This document shows, one piece after another, positions 26,682 through 35,298 of a stretch of 64,000 nucleotides of DNA (within the stretch, counting starts at the first letter, position 1; each line of letters begins with the position of its first letter). The notes under the pieces were generated by a model. It was not told the origin of the DNA. It made no database searches and saw only the letters and a program-made list of their open reading frames with translations. The translations under genes and the position numbers were made by a program. Origin of the DNA: Candidatus Woesearchaeota archaeon (GTDB lineage: Archaea; Nanobdellota; Nanobdellia; Pacearchaeales; GW2011-AR1); NCBI GenBank assembly GCA_964514585.1, contig CAZETU010000002.1:65486-129485 (forward strand). The letters run 5' to 3'.

Positions 26682-27320
26682 TTATCTTATCTTTGAAAAT
26701 TTTTTCAAAAAGGGTTTAATTATTCCTTTACCCCCTTCAAAGAGTCCCCATGTAATTGTGACCCAAGAGAAGGCTCCAGCTCCAAAAATTATTAATGGTC
26801 GATATTCCCAGGATCCTAAAAAAGAATTAATTAATTCATAAATGGGTCCAATAAGAAAATTTACAATGAAAATAGATAGAATAAATATGTCTAAATCTAT
26901 CCAGAAATTTCTTTCAAATTTTTCAATATAGGTAAATAATTTGATTCCAATTAGGGCTCCTATAAAAATAGATCCAATGCCAAATAAAAAATTTATAGAG
27001 TTTTGATATTCGTTGATATATATACTCCTTGTAACTAAAAAAAGAATTACTAGGATGCCTATCACTCCCAAAAGAAACATTGCCGCCATAATAGAAAGCT
27101 GTTCTTTTTCTTTTGCGATCATTTCTGAAATTAAAAGAAATGATATCCCGCAAATTATTAGAGATAAATATCCTGCATATGTAGAGTTTATTTTATTAAT
27201 GTGACTGTAGGAAATTGAGAATGCTGTTAAAAATATTCCTAAAAGTATTAGCGGACGTTCATTTCTTTCAAGGAATTCTTCTAAATGAATTCTTTTTAAT
27301 GGATTTTGATCTCTATACAT
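26682..27320 (-). CDS. Polytopic membrane protein
   Basis: 212 aa, five to six hydrophobic helices. Confidence 0.55.
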   Translation of the reverse strand: MYRDQNPLKRIHLEEFLERNERPLILLGIFLTAFSISYSHINKINSTYAGYLSLIICGISFLLISEMIAKEKEQLSIMAAMFLLGVIGILVILFLVTRSIYINEYQNSINFLFGIGSIFIGALIGIKLFTYIEKFERNFWIDLDIFILSIFIVNFLIGPIYELINSFLGSWEYRPLIIFGAGAFSWVTITWGLFEGGKGIIKPFLKKFSKIR

Positions 27321-27422
27321 AGCGTTTTATGTTTGTTTAACTACAAAAACTTTTCTTTTTAATTTTTCAAGTTACACGAGCCGAAGGCGATAACATTGAT
27401 GAGTGTGGTGTGAAGAAGTAGC

Positions 27423-27452
27423 GATACTTTGCGGGACTGGGGGTGGACGGGA
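27423..27452 (+). repeat. G-tract motif, copy 1
   Basis: gatactttgcgggactgggggtggacggga. Confidence 0.65.
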
Positions 27453-27553
27453 TGATGGACGCGGTTGGTTGCTCAAGTTGCATAAGATGCTCTCACGGGT
27501 TACACAAGCTGGAGGAATGGTTTTAAATAATGTTGATACTTTGATTAATTAAG

Positions 27554-28195
27554 ATGGTGTGGAGTTTTTTTGGAGTGATTGGCGAGAGACAGACGTATTT
27601 GAATATGATTTATTTGTTGATATCGTTTCCTTTAGGGATTGCTTATTTTGTTTTTCTTGTGACAGGGATTTCTCTTGGGCTTGGGTTGGTTATTACTTTG
27701 ATTGGGATTCCTATTTTGGTTTTGATGACGTTTCTTTGGTATTGGGTTGGGATTTTTGAGAGAGAGTTGAGTTCTCGTATTTTGGGGATTGATATTAGCC
27801 CGGTGAAGAATAAGGCACTTAAACAGAAGGCTTTTTTGAAGAAGGTTACGACGCATTTGAGTCAGCCGATTACTTGGAAGAGTTTGGCGTATTTGTTTAT
27901 TAAGTTTCCCTTGGGGATTTTGTCTTTTGTTGCTTTGGTTACTCTTCTTTCGGTTTCATTGAGCTTGGCTGTCTTCCCAATAGTTTATTATTCTCTTCGG
28001 GATGTTTCGGGGATTAGCTTTATGACTATCAATGGCGTTTCTTATATTCCTCAAACTTGGCAGATTTTTCTTGTTGCGATTGTAGGAATCTTTTTGTTGT
28101 TTGTATCGATGCATCTTCTTAATGGGTTGGCTTATGTTTCGGGATTGTTTGCGAAGATTCTTCTTGGTGAGACAGAGAAGAGAAGGAAGAAATAA
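27554..28195 (+). CDS. Membrane protein with two repeated TM-hairpin modules (putative-sensor-like)
   Basis: Internal repeat YLLISFPLGIAYFVFLV.. / YLFIKFPLGILSFVALV... TATA-like ggttttaaataa about 25 nt upstream. Confidence 0.6.
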   Translation: MVWSFFGVIGERQTYLNMIYLLISFPLGIAYFVFLVTGISLGLGLVITLIGIPILVLMTFLWYWVGIFERELSSRILGIDISPVKNKALKQKAFLKKVTTHLSQPITWKSLAYLFIKFPLGILSFVALVTLLSVSLSLAVFPIVYYSLRDVSGISFMTINGVSYIPQTWQIFLVAIVGIFLLFVSMHLLNGLAYVSGLFAKILLGETEKRRKK

Positions 28196-28217
28196 TTTTT
28201 AGTTATACTAGGGGAGT

Positions 28218-28244
28218 GGTACTTTGCGGGACTGGGGGACGGGA
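28218..28244 (+). repeat. G-tract motif, copy 2
   Basis: ggtactttgcgggactgggggacggga. Confidence 0.65.
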
Positions 28245-28322
28245 ATACGTTTGGGGAAAAGTTTTTAAGAGTGTTAAGTGTTGAGTTGTTAATCCCAGGG
28301 AAAGAGTTCTGATAAAATTAAG

Positions 28323-28784
28323 ATGGCAAAGTTTGACATTGAACCGTGGCCTTCCACCTATAAAATGAATGAAGGAGTTGAGCCTAGTAAACTTGTTTCT
28401 GATGTTGAAGGGCGAGATGTTGGGGCTTTTAGGACTTCTATTCCTGCATGTACTATTGAGCCGCCGCAGATTCATTTGATATCTCCGAGAGATGGGGCGC
28501 CGTTTCAGGAATTGTTAACTGGATTTGATAGGAGTCTTTGTGTCGCTTATTATAATCCTGGAACTGGGGGCTATAGTGTTGAGAAATATTCTAAAGATGA
28601 AGATGTTGTTATACCAGCATTCAAGATACATTGGCTTATGAATTTTCATAATAGGCGTTTAAATTTTACTTGTGAGTATGCTCCGCATCCATGGGATGGA
28701 GATGTTGATGAGCCGGAGTTTAGAAATCTAACTACTCTTTTGCAGTTTGTGGATGAGAATAGCTTGAGAGATAAGTTAATTTAA
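28323..28784 (+). CDS. Hypothetical protein
   Basis: 153-aa ORF with typical + strand codon usage. No recognisable motif. Confidence 0.55.
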   Translation: MAKFDIEPWPSTYKMNEGVEPSKLVSDVEGRDVGAFRTSIPACTIEPPQIHLISPRDGAPFQELLTGFDRSLCVAYYNPGTGGYSVEKYSKDEDVVIPAFKIHWLMNFHNRRLNFTCEYAPHPWDGDVDEPEFRNLTTLLQFVDENSLRDKLI

Positions 28785-28815
28785 TTTAGTTGCATATGTT
28801 ACATCGAACAGTATT

Positions 28816-28842
28816 GATACTTTGCGGGGGTGGGGGACGGGA
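28816..28842 (+). repeat. G-tract motif, copy 3
   Basis: gatactttgcgggggtgggggacggga. Confidence 0.65.
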
Positions 28843-28928
28843 AGGCTTAATAGAAATTTTTATTAGGGCAGTTTTGTTGTGGTTTTTATGGTTAAGGAAT
28901 TGGATGAGGTTGTCGGAGAGGTTGGTTG

Positions 28929-29447
28929 ATGGTAACTGATACAATTATTTGGAAGGGTGATGAGGTTGAGAATGCTTGGGTTGAGACTTCTTCTTATAAT
29001 TCTTTGGAGCCGGTGTGTCAGGTTTCTGGGTTTTGTTTTAATGATGAGGGAAAGGTTTTGTTGTTGAAGGAATCGGGACGGGATTTTTGGATGTTGCCTG
29101 GGGGTACTCCTGAGAAGGGTGAGAGTTTTGAAGAGGCGTTGGTTAGGGAGTTGGATGAAGAGGCGTCTTGTATTATTGGTGAGCCTGTTTTGATTGGTGC
29201 GGTTAAAGTTTGTTATCCGAATAATCCTGATGAGAAGCAGGGTGAGAATTTTTTCCAGTTGAGATTTGTTGCGGAGGTGAATAAGGTTAATGAGCTGACT
29301 GAGGATCCTGATCGGGGGACGAAGCATGAGAGGATTTTTGTTTCGCCTGAGGATTTTGTTAAGTATGTGAGTTGGAAGAAGACTGGTGAAGTTATGATAA
29401 AGGTTGCTGGTGAGGTTTTGAAGAGGTTGGGTGGAGAGAGAGAATGA
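28929..29447 (+). CDS. NUDIX hydrolase
   Basis: Nudix box GGTPEKGESFEEALVRELDEEASC. Confidence 0.85.
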   Translation: MVTDTIIWKGDEVENAWVETSSYNSLEPVCQVSGFCFNDEGKVLLLKESGRDFWMLPGGTPEKGESFEEALVRELDEEASCIIGEPVLIGAVKVCYPNNPDEKQGENFFQLRFVAEVNKVNELTEDPDRGTKHERIFVSPEDFVKYVSWKKTGEVMIKVAGEVLKRLGGERE

Positions 29448-29481
29448 TGAAATATTCTTGTTTTAAATGTGATAAAAATAA

Positions 29482-29859
29482 TTAAGCGTTTAATTGACTT
29501 GCTACAGTAGGACATTGTTTTTCCATTTCTGAAATTATAAGTTCTTTGAATTCTGCATTGTCTTTATATTTTGTCTCTAGAGTTTTGTATCCTGCATCAT
29601 CGTAGCCGTATTTGTCCATGACTGACACTGTTTTTTTCATTGTTGCTTCAATATCTCCTGCTGAGTTCGCGCTCATTAATTCACATGTTAGTTCTGCTTG
29701 GAATTTTGCAAATTTTTCTTCTTCGCTTGATGCGCTTGAGGATGAAGATGTCGAGCTTGAAGATGAAGAGTTGTCGTTGTCTCCTCCAGAAAATGCGAAA
29801 ATTAGTGCGATAATAACTACTATTCCTACTCCAATTCCTATCATCATTTTTTTGTCCAT
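29482..29859 (-). CDS. Membrane-anchored protein with poly-Ser linker
   Basis: MDKKMMIGIGVGIVVIIALIFAF then SSSSSSTSSSSSASS. Confidence 0.55.
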   Translation of the reverse strand: MDKKMMIGIGVGIVVIIALIFAFSGGDNDNSSSSSSTSSSSSASSEEEKFAKFQAELTCELMSANSAGDIEATMKKTVSVMDKYGYDDAGYKTLETKYKDNAEFKELIISEMEKQCPTVASQLNA

Positions 29860-29951
29860 TGATTAATTAGTGGGATTTTCTTTAAAAGGTTTGTGTTTAT
29901 TAGATTTAAGGGAAGGGGAAATTTTTTATAATTGTTTGTGATTTTTATTAG

Positions 29952-30050
29952 ATGGGAAAAAAGAAACTTTCTACTAAGAAGAAGGATGATTTTGTTATTC
30001 CGAGGAAGGCGATAACTTTGATAAGTGTGGTGTTGGGGGTGAATGTGTAA
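29952..30050 (+). pseudogene. Truncated paralogue of the 30085 small membrane-protein gene
   Basis: MGKKKLSTKKKDDFVIPRKAITLISVVLGVNV. The block aagaagaaggatgattttgttattccgaggaaggcgat is nearly identical to 30092-30128. Confidence 0.45.
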
Positions 30051-30084
30051 AAAAGTTTAAATAATTGGTTTTAGTTTGTTATTT

Positions 30085-30255
30085 ATGGTTAAGAAGAAGG
30101 ATAATTTTGTTATTCCGAGGAAGGCGATGTTGGGGGTTGCTCCTGCGATTGCGATTTCTGCGATTTTGATTTCGAGGCATGGGCCTGGGGAGTTGTTGTT
30201 GTTTTGGGTTGGAGTGAGTGTTGGAATATTTATTATGAAGGGTTGGAAGAAGTAG
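30085..30255 (+). CDS. Small membrane protein (56 aa)
   Basis: MVKKKDNFVIPRKAMLGVAPAIAISAILISRHGPGELLLFWVGVSVGIFIMKGWKK. Below the track cutoff. Confidence 0.5.
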   Translation: MVKKKDNFVIPRKAMLGVAPAIAISAILISRHGPGELLLFWVGVSVGIFIMKGWKK

Positions 30256-30294
30256 GGGTTTTTGGATAGTAATTTTTAAAAAGAGTATTTTCTG

Positions 30295-30729
30295 ATGAGT
30301 GGAATGAAAGTTGAAAATATTTTGATTTTGGGGGTGTTGCCTCACGACGATAGTAGAAGGGCTCTTTATGGTGCGATGACGGAGGTTTGTTGTAGGTATG
30401 CGGGTAGTGTTAGTTCGCCGCTTGATTTTGTTGGGTTTGGGAGTAATAGGCGAGAGAGGTATAAGCATGTTTCGGGTTTGGTTGATAAGACTAGTTTTGT
30501 TGTTGCTGATCATACGAGGACAGCTCTCAAGCATGGGGTTGGGATTGAGTATTCTCTTCGAGTTAAGAAGCCAATGGTTGCTACTACTCTTGATGGGATT
30601 GATCTTCCTGAGGAGATTGAACTTTGTCCTAGTCTTTTTGGGAATGTTATATATGAAAATCTTGATGATTTGAGAAGTGGGTTGAATAGAATGTTAGGTT
30701 CGCTGAGTCCGCAGAGATTTGTGGCTTAG
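30295..30729 (+). CDS. Hypothetical protein (possible nucleoside 2-deoxyribosyltransferase-like fold)
   Basis: ILILGVL..., VVADHT..., HGVGIEYSLRVKKPMV loosely follows the NDT-like pattern. Confidence 0.35.
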   Translation: MSGMKVENILILGVLPHDDSRRALYGAMTEVCCRYAGSVSSPLDFVGFGSNRRERYKHVSGLVDKTSFVVADHTRTALKHGVGIEYSLRVKKPMVATTLDGIDLPEEIELCPSLFGNVIYENLDDLRSGLNRMLGSLSPQRFVA

Positions 30730-30732
30730 ATT

Positions 30733-30757
30733 GATGTGGGGGTGTTGAGACGGGGGA
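30733..30757 (+). repeat. G-tract motif, diverged copy 4
   Basis: gatgtgggggtgttgagacggggga, about 15 nt upstream of the TATA at 30774-30784. Confidence 0.5.
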
Positions 30758-30803
30758 TTTGTGGAACAACAATTTTTATAAAGAATGTTTTGTCGTTTTT
30801 TTT

Positions 30804-31418
30804 ATGTCAAATGAAAAATATGCGCAAGGAGATTCTGGTAAACAGGGGAATGGAGTGCAACTTTCTATAAGATTAGGTTTGGAGTTAGCTAGTCATAAAC
30901 CTGAAGTTGCGGATTTTTACCGTGCGGGTAGTACTTTGGCTGAGTTGGCTGAGAAATATTTGCCCTCTAATTTTGTTGTTTCTCCTAGTGTTACTGTTAA
31001 TGCGGTTCATTATGCCTTAAGGGAGCTTTTGAATCCTGATGAGAGGGTGAAGATTTGCAAAGAACATAGACATGTTGGACGAAGTAAAGGCGGGAGTAAA
31101 GGAGGGGCGATAAGTGGAGAAAGAAATTATTATGTTGATAAGGTGGGGTTGGTTACAATGACTTCCGAGGATCGACGTGATGCCGGTAGAAGTTCTGCTG
31201 TAGCCAGAGGACACGCTTTATATGATGTAAGGCAAGAGAGAAGTGATTTTGGGGAAATTTTTGAGTGGGAGCATGTTGTGAAGCTTAGAAAAAATAAAGT
31301 TCCCTGGAAAGAGATTACGCAAAAAACGAATGCTTTGTTTGGGAATGATCGTTCTCAACGTTCGTTAACTGTGATGTATAGTAATCGGTGGTCTAAGGTT
31401 GCTTATTTATTCAAATAG
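30804..31418 (+). CDS. Hypothetical basic protein (possible DNA-binding)
   Basis: ATG lies 25 nt below the TATA. Basic Gly/Ser/Arg-rich middle (GRSKGGSKGGAISGE, SEDRRDAGRSSAVARG). Confidence 0.5.
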   Translation: MSNEKYAQGDSGKQGNGVQLSIRLGLELASHKPEVADFYRAGSTLAELAEKYLPSNFVVSPSVTVNAVHYALRELLNPDERVKICKEHRHVGRSKGGSKGGAISGERNYYVDKVGLVTMTSEDRRDAGRSSAVARGHALYDVRQERSDFGEIFEWEHVVKLRKNKVPWKEITQKTNALFGNDRSQRSLTVMYSNRWSKVAYLFK

Positions 31419-31448
31419 TTTTATAAAGATTAATTTGTTATTTTGTTT

Positions 31449-31619
31449 ATGGCGAAAAAAAAGGTTAAAGAGGATAATTCTGGGATATTTATTCCTGCTG
31501 GACTTTTCATTGGACTTGGGTTTGGTGCTCTTTATGGGAACTGGGCTGCTGGTGTTTTGTTTGGTTTAGGAATAGGATTTCTTGGAATGGCCGTTGCTCG
31601 GATTTGGGGAAGTAAGTAG
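31449..31619 (+). CDS. Small membrane protein (56 aa)
   Basis: MAKKKVKEDNSGIFIPAGLFIGLGFGALYGNWAAGVLFGLGIGFLGMAVARIWGSK. TATA at about 31421. Confidence 0.5.
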   Translation: MAKKKVKEDNSGIFIPAGLFIGLGFGALYGNWAAGVLFGLGIGFLGMAVARIWGSK

Positions 31620-31682
31620 TCTTGACGACTATAAATAATTCGTAAGGTGTTGATGATATAAATTTTTTGATTCTAAATAGAA

Positions 31683-31952
31683 TTATTTGAACTTGCTAAT
31701 ATTTTTCTTTAGAGGACTGAATGGGAACGGCCTTTCATTTGTTACGAAGTTTAGGTATCGTAGGAATGTGTACATTTGAGTGTTCCAGATTTCTGAAAGG
31801 GTTGAGAGTTCTTGAATTCTTTTTCCTGCTATTAGTGTCCAGATGAAATTGATTATGAAGAAGATGTTGATTGCGATTTTCCATATTCCTAAAATTATAC
31901 CTGTTACTATCGCTACGACGATTCGCATTAGAACTTCTAGTCTTTCACCCAT
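31683..31952 (-). CDS. Small membrane protein (DUF4389-like)
   Basis: Two TM helices followed by YLNFVTNERPFPF. Confidence 0.5.
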   Translation of the reverse strand: MGERLEVLMRIVVAIVTGIILGIWKIAINIFFIINFIWTLIAGKRIQELSTLSEIWNTQMYTFLRYLNFVTNERPFPFSPLKKNISKFK

Positions 31953-31988
31953 GTAAGATGTAGTAGGTTTAACTATAAAAAGTTATTG

Positions 31989-32240
31989 TTAGAACCAGCC
32001 CCAGATTTGCATTGCCCTGAATAAAATGTAGAACCAGCTTGTGATTCCGTGAACGATTGCCCAAAGGATTGAAGCAGATCTTTCGTATGAAAGAATCATT
32101 GCTAATGCTGAACCGAAAACCCAACATCCTCCACAGCCCCCTTTGCCGTGACATTTTATTTTATCGGCTTTTATCACTTTGTCAAGATTTCGAACTTTGA
32201 TATCAATGTCCGGCCTACTCGACTTCTTTTTCTTTGCCAT
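31989..32240 (-). CDS. Small membrane protein with CxxxxCGGC motif
   Basis: MAKKKKSSRPD...CHGKGGCGGCWVFGSALAMIL... Confidence 0.5.
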   Translation of the reverse strand: MAKKKKSSRPDIDIKVRNLDKVIKADKIKCHGKGGCGGCWVFGSALAMILSYERSASILWAIVHGITSWFYILFRAMQIWGWF

Positions 32241-32316
32241 ATTACAATAAAGGAATGGGGATTTATAAGTTTATTGCAATCGATAATTTTAAATAATTCC
32301 TTTGTCTGTATAATTG

Positions 32317-32502
32317 ATGGGAACTAGGAGTATATTTTTGATTTTTAGCTTTCTTCAGGCGTTGAGTTTGGGATTTATAGTTTATTTTCTTTTGAGTGCT
32401 TCTGGGACTTTGGGTCTTGATACTAGGTTTGTTTTAAGTTCGGTTTTTGCTATATCTACATGGATTATTCAGTATATTACTCATTTGAATCTTGTTCGGT
32501 AA
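32317..32502 (+). CDS. Small membrane protein
   Basis: ATG 32317 lies about 25 nt below a TATA-like ttttaaataa. Two hydrophobic helices. Confidence 0.45.
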   Translation: MGTRSIFLIFSFLQALSLGFIVYFLLSASGTLGLDTRFVLSSVFAISTWIIQYITHLNLVR

Positions 32503-32532
32503 ATATTTAAATTGTGTTTTCTTTATTTGTTG

Positions 32533-32727
32533 ATGGGATCTGAGTTTATTGTTGGAATAATTTTAATGATTATTGGTTTTGTTTTTTTCTTGAATAATAA
32601 GAGTATGGGGAAAGGTGCGGCCGATTTTTATAAGAAGCTTTATACGAAAAAAAATTTAATAGTTATGTTTAGGATTGCTGGGGTTATTTTGATTGTCGGG
32701 GGACTGGTTTTAGTTTTTTTGAAGTGA
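32533..32727 (+). CDS. Small membrane protein
   Basis: MGSEFIVGIILMIIGFVFF... Leaderless spacing from aaatatttaaatt. Confidence 0.45.
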   Translation: MGSEFIVGIILMIIGFVFFLNNKSMGKGAADFYKKLYTKKNLIVMFRIAGVILIVGGLVLVFLK

Positions 32728-32756
32728 CAACTTAATTTTATAAACTTTGGATTGTT

Positions 32757-33125
32757 ATGATTTATATGGGTGCTTTTATAATTTGGTCAATTTTGATTTT
32801 GATTGTAATTCTTGCTATAGTGGCGATTTTTGTTACTAAGAAAGGTGGGAAGGCTCCTACTGATTATTATAGTTTATTTGTGATGGGGATTACATGGCTT
32901 CCATTTGGGATAGTTATAAAATTAATAGATCCTGAGGTGTTTATTGGGAATCTTTTTTTGGTTTTGGGTTTTATTTATATGGTGATTGGACTGACTCATA
33001 AGAAAGAGTGGAAGGCGAATCATAAATCTTTGAATAAGAAAGAAAGAAAGATTAAGCTGATTGCTGTTCTTATTCTTGGGGTGTTGGTTTTGGCGGGGCT
33101 AATTGTTTTTTATCTTGTAAAATAA
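32757..33125 (+). CDS. Membrane protein (3-4 TM)
   Basis: TATA attttataaac upstream. Hydrophobic segments throughout. Confidence 0.5.
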   Translation: MIYMGAFIIWSILILIVILAIVAIFVTKKGGKAPTDYYSLFVMGITWLPFGIVIKLIDPEVFIGNLFLVLGFIYMVIGLTHKKEWKANHKSLNKKERKIKLIAVLILGVLVLAGLIVFYLVK

Positions 33126-33160
33126 AGTGATAAAATAAAAAATTAAATCTTTGAGTTGAC

Positions 33161-33613
33161 TTATTCAGTCTTCTCTTCTTCAGCGTCTTCAATAGCATCT
33201 TCTGTTGTCTCGATTGCTTCTTCGCCTTCTTCAGCGTCAGAATTATCGTCTACTATTTCAGGTGCAGCTTCTTCTTCAATAGAATCTTCAACTGCTTCAC
33301 TGATGGCTGCTGAGTCTGCCATTGGGGCTTCTCCAGAGTCATTAGAGTCTCTTTGTGGAGCGCCGTCTCTTGGGACCATTGGTCGAGCTTCGCTAACTGT
33401 TAAAGGTCGTCCGTCAATTTCTTTTTCGTGCATTTCTGAGATTGCCTTTTTGGCTGATGCATCGTCTGCGATTGTTACGAATCCGAAACCTTTTGATCTT
33501 TGAGTGAATTTGTCCTTGATAAGATTTGCTTCATCGACATCATAAGATGCGAAAAGTTCTTTCAAAGAATTATCATCGATACTCCATGGTAAATTACCTA
33601 CGTATAACTTCAT
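33161..33613 (-). CDS. RRM-domain RNA-binding protein with acidic C-terminal tail
   Basis: RNP2 LYVGNL and RNP1 KGFGFVTI at canonical spacing. About 70-aa D/E/A-rich tail. Confidence 0.85.
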   Translation of the reverse strand: MKLYVGNLPWSIDDNSLKELFASYDVDEANLIKDKFTQRSKGFGFVTIADDASAKKAISEMHEKEIDGRPLTVSEARPMVPRDGAPQRDSNDSGEAPMADSAAISEAVEDSIEEEAAPEIVDDNSDAEEGEEAIETTEDAIEDAEEEKTE

Positions 33614-33711
33614 ATTTTCCTCCTAACTTATTTAATAATTGTAATAGAATTCTCATAGCCTTGTTGTTCTCTGTGTAATTAGGTTAGATTTGTGGGTATA
33701 TAAATTTATGG

Positions 33712-35259
33712 TTACTCCAAACTAGCTGTATATTTTCTGGTTCTCATTGGATATTCAATATATTCTGAGCTTTTATCTTTACTTTTACCTTTTTTCTTGT
33801 AAACAAAGAGTCCGACTCCTGCTACTAGTATTAATATTATTCCGATTGCGGTTATAGAACCAAATGAGGATCCAGAGGGGTTTGTTACTGCACCTGTTAT
33901 TATTGTATTGGTTTCCGTATTGTTTATTTCTTTGGTTTCTATGATTGTGTTGTTTTCTTCGATTATTGTCTCATTTTCTACTGGTGTTTCTGTGGATGTA
34001 CTGCTTACCTCTTCTACAATTTCTTCTTTGATTATTTGTATGGTGTAGAGTATGTCGCCGTCATTTCCAGAGTTTTTGCTGTAGATGTCTTTGTCTTCGT
34101 CATAGGAATAGTCTGCTGTGAAGAGAATATCTTCTTCGGTTTCGTTTAGGTTTTGTGAAACTGTGAAACTGAAAGTAACTTCTTCGCTTTGTCCTGATTC
34201 TAGATCATGTATTATTCTTTCTTGTTTTAGGTCCATTTTTGAGTTGTATGCCATAATTAAAATTCTGTCTTCGTCTTTACTCCCTAGGTTTGTAACTTTT
34301 GTGCTATATTCTACTATACTGCCTGTTGAAACTGTTTGAGGGCCCGAGGCTTCTTCTAGGATAACTTTTCTTTTTGGTTTTTCTATTGTGATTTTGACTG
34401 GGTCGTCTTTGTCTTGGGCTCTTAGGCTTGTACAGATTTCTTCGTCATCTTCCTTGAATACTTTTGCATATAAGTCATAGTCTCCTTCTTCGAGATCTGT
34501 TCTTAGATCGAATGATAGAGTTGACTGTTGATTGTCATCTTCGTCTATTTGAACTATTCTTATTTGGTCTTCTGGGTCTTTTGCGAATTGGACCTCATTT
34601 CTTTCTTCGTCGAAGAAGATTAACTCTATTTGGAACTCGCTTGTTTCGTAATCTTTGTTTTCGACTTCTACTGATACATGAACTTCGTTCCCTGGTGTCC
34701 ATTCCCACTCAACTTCGTTTTCTATTTTGTTGTCGGTTATTTCTTCGATTTCGAGTTCGTCTTTGTCGACTTCGTCTTCTTCACAAATTTGTAGTTTTTC
34801 AATTATTATCGTTTCGTCAGAATTTTCTACACACCTACTTTCTTCTTCTCCTTCTTCGTAGAATTTTACGTAAAGTTCGTATTCGTCTACATCTACATCT
34901 TCGTCTAGCTTGAATATCATTGAGATGCTTTTTCTTTCTTCTCCTGATAATGTGAACTCTTTTATGAGATCATCTTCATCTTTTGCTACGTCTTCTTCGT
35001 CATCGTCTTTTACAAAGACTAACTCTAGTTTGTAGTTTTTTGATTCGTCTTCTTTGTTCTCTACTCGTATTTCGACTTCTACTGTGTCGGTATTTTGCCA
35101 AATCCATTCTGCTCCGTTATCTTTTAACATGTCGTCAACAGAGATTATTCTTAATTCTTTTTCTCCGACTATTCCATCATCACAGAATTCATATGCGCTT
35201 ACTTGTAGTATTGATGCTAATAGTAATAGCGAAAATAGTGTCACCGTTCTTTTTTTCAT
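33712..35259 (-). CDS. Highly acidic surface protein with tandem ~130-aa repeats and C-terminal TM anchor
   Basis: Signal peptide. Two Cys-bracketed repeats (..VEVEIRVENK.. / ..VSVEVENK..). Anchor ITAIGIILILVAGVGLFVY then KKKGK. Confidence 0.65.
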   Translation of the reverse strand: MKKRTVTLFSLLLLASILQVSAYEFCDDGIVGEKELRIISVDDMLKDNGAEWIWQNTDTVEVEIRVENKEDESKNYKLELVFVKDDDEEDVAKDEDDLIKEFTLSGEERKSISMIFKLDEDVDVDEYELYVKFYEEGEEESRCVENSDETIIIEKLQICEEDEVDKDELEIEEITDNKIENEVEWEWTPGNEVHVSVEVENKDYETSEFQIELIFFDEERNEVQFAKDPEDQIRIVQIDEDDNQQSTLSFDLRTDLEEGDYDLYAKVFKEDDEEICTSLRAQDKDDPVKITIEKPKRKVILEEASGPQTVSTGSIVEYSTKVTNLGSKDEDRILIMAYNSKMDLKQERIIHDLESGQSEEVTFSFTVSQNLNETEEDILFTADYSYDEDKDIYSKNSGNDGDILYTIQIIKEEIVEEVSSTSTETPVENETIIEENNTIIETKEINNTETNTIITGAVTNPSGSSFGSITAIGIILILVAGVGLFVYKKKGKSKDKSSEYIEYPMRTRKYTASLE

Positions 35260-35298
35260 GTTTTCTTGATGTTATTTAATTATTTAAATTTAATTGTG

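Noticed and set aside
27395-27470. Possible box C/D sRNA (tgatga at about 27400, gatgatgg at about 27452) around G-tract copy 1.
   Set aside because: No CUGA D or D' boxes occur at appropriate spacing, and there is no terminal stem. The second box is not UGAUGA.
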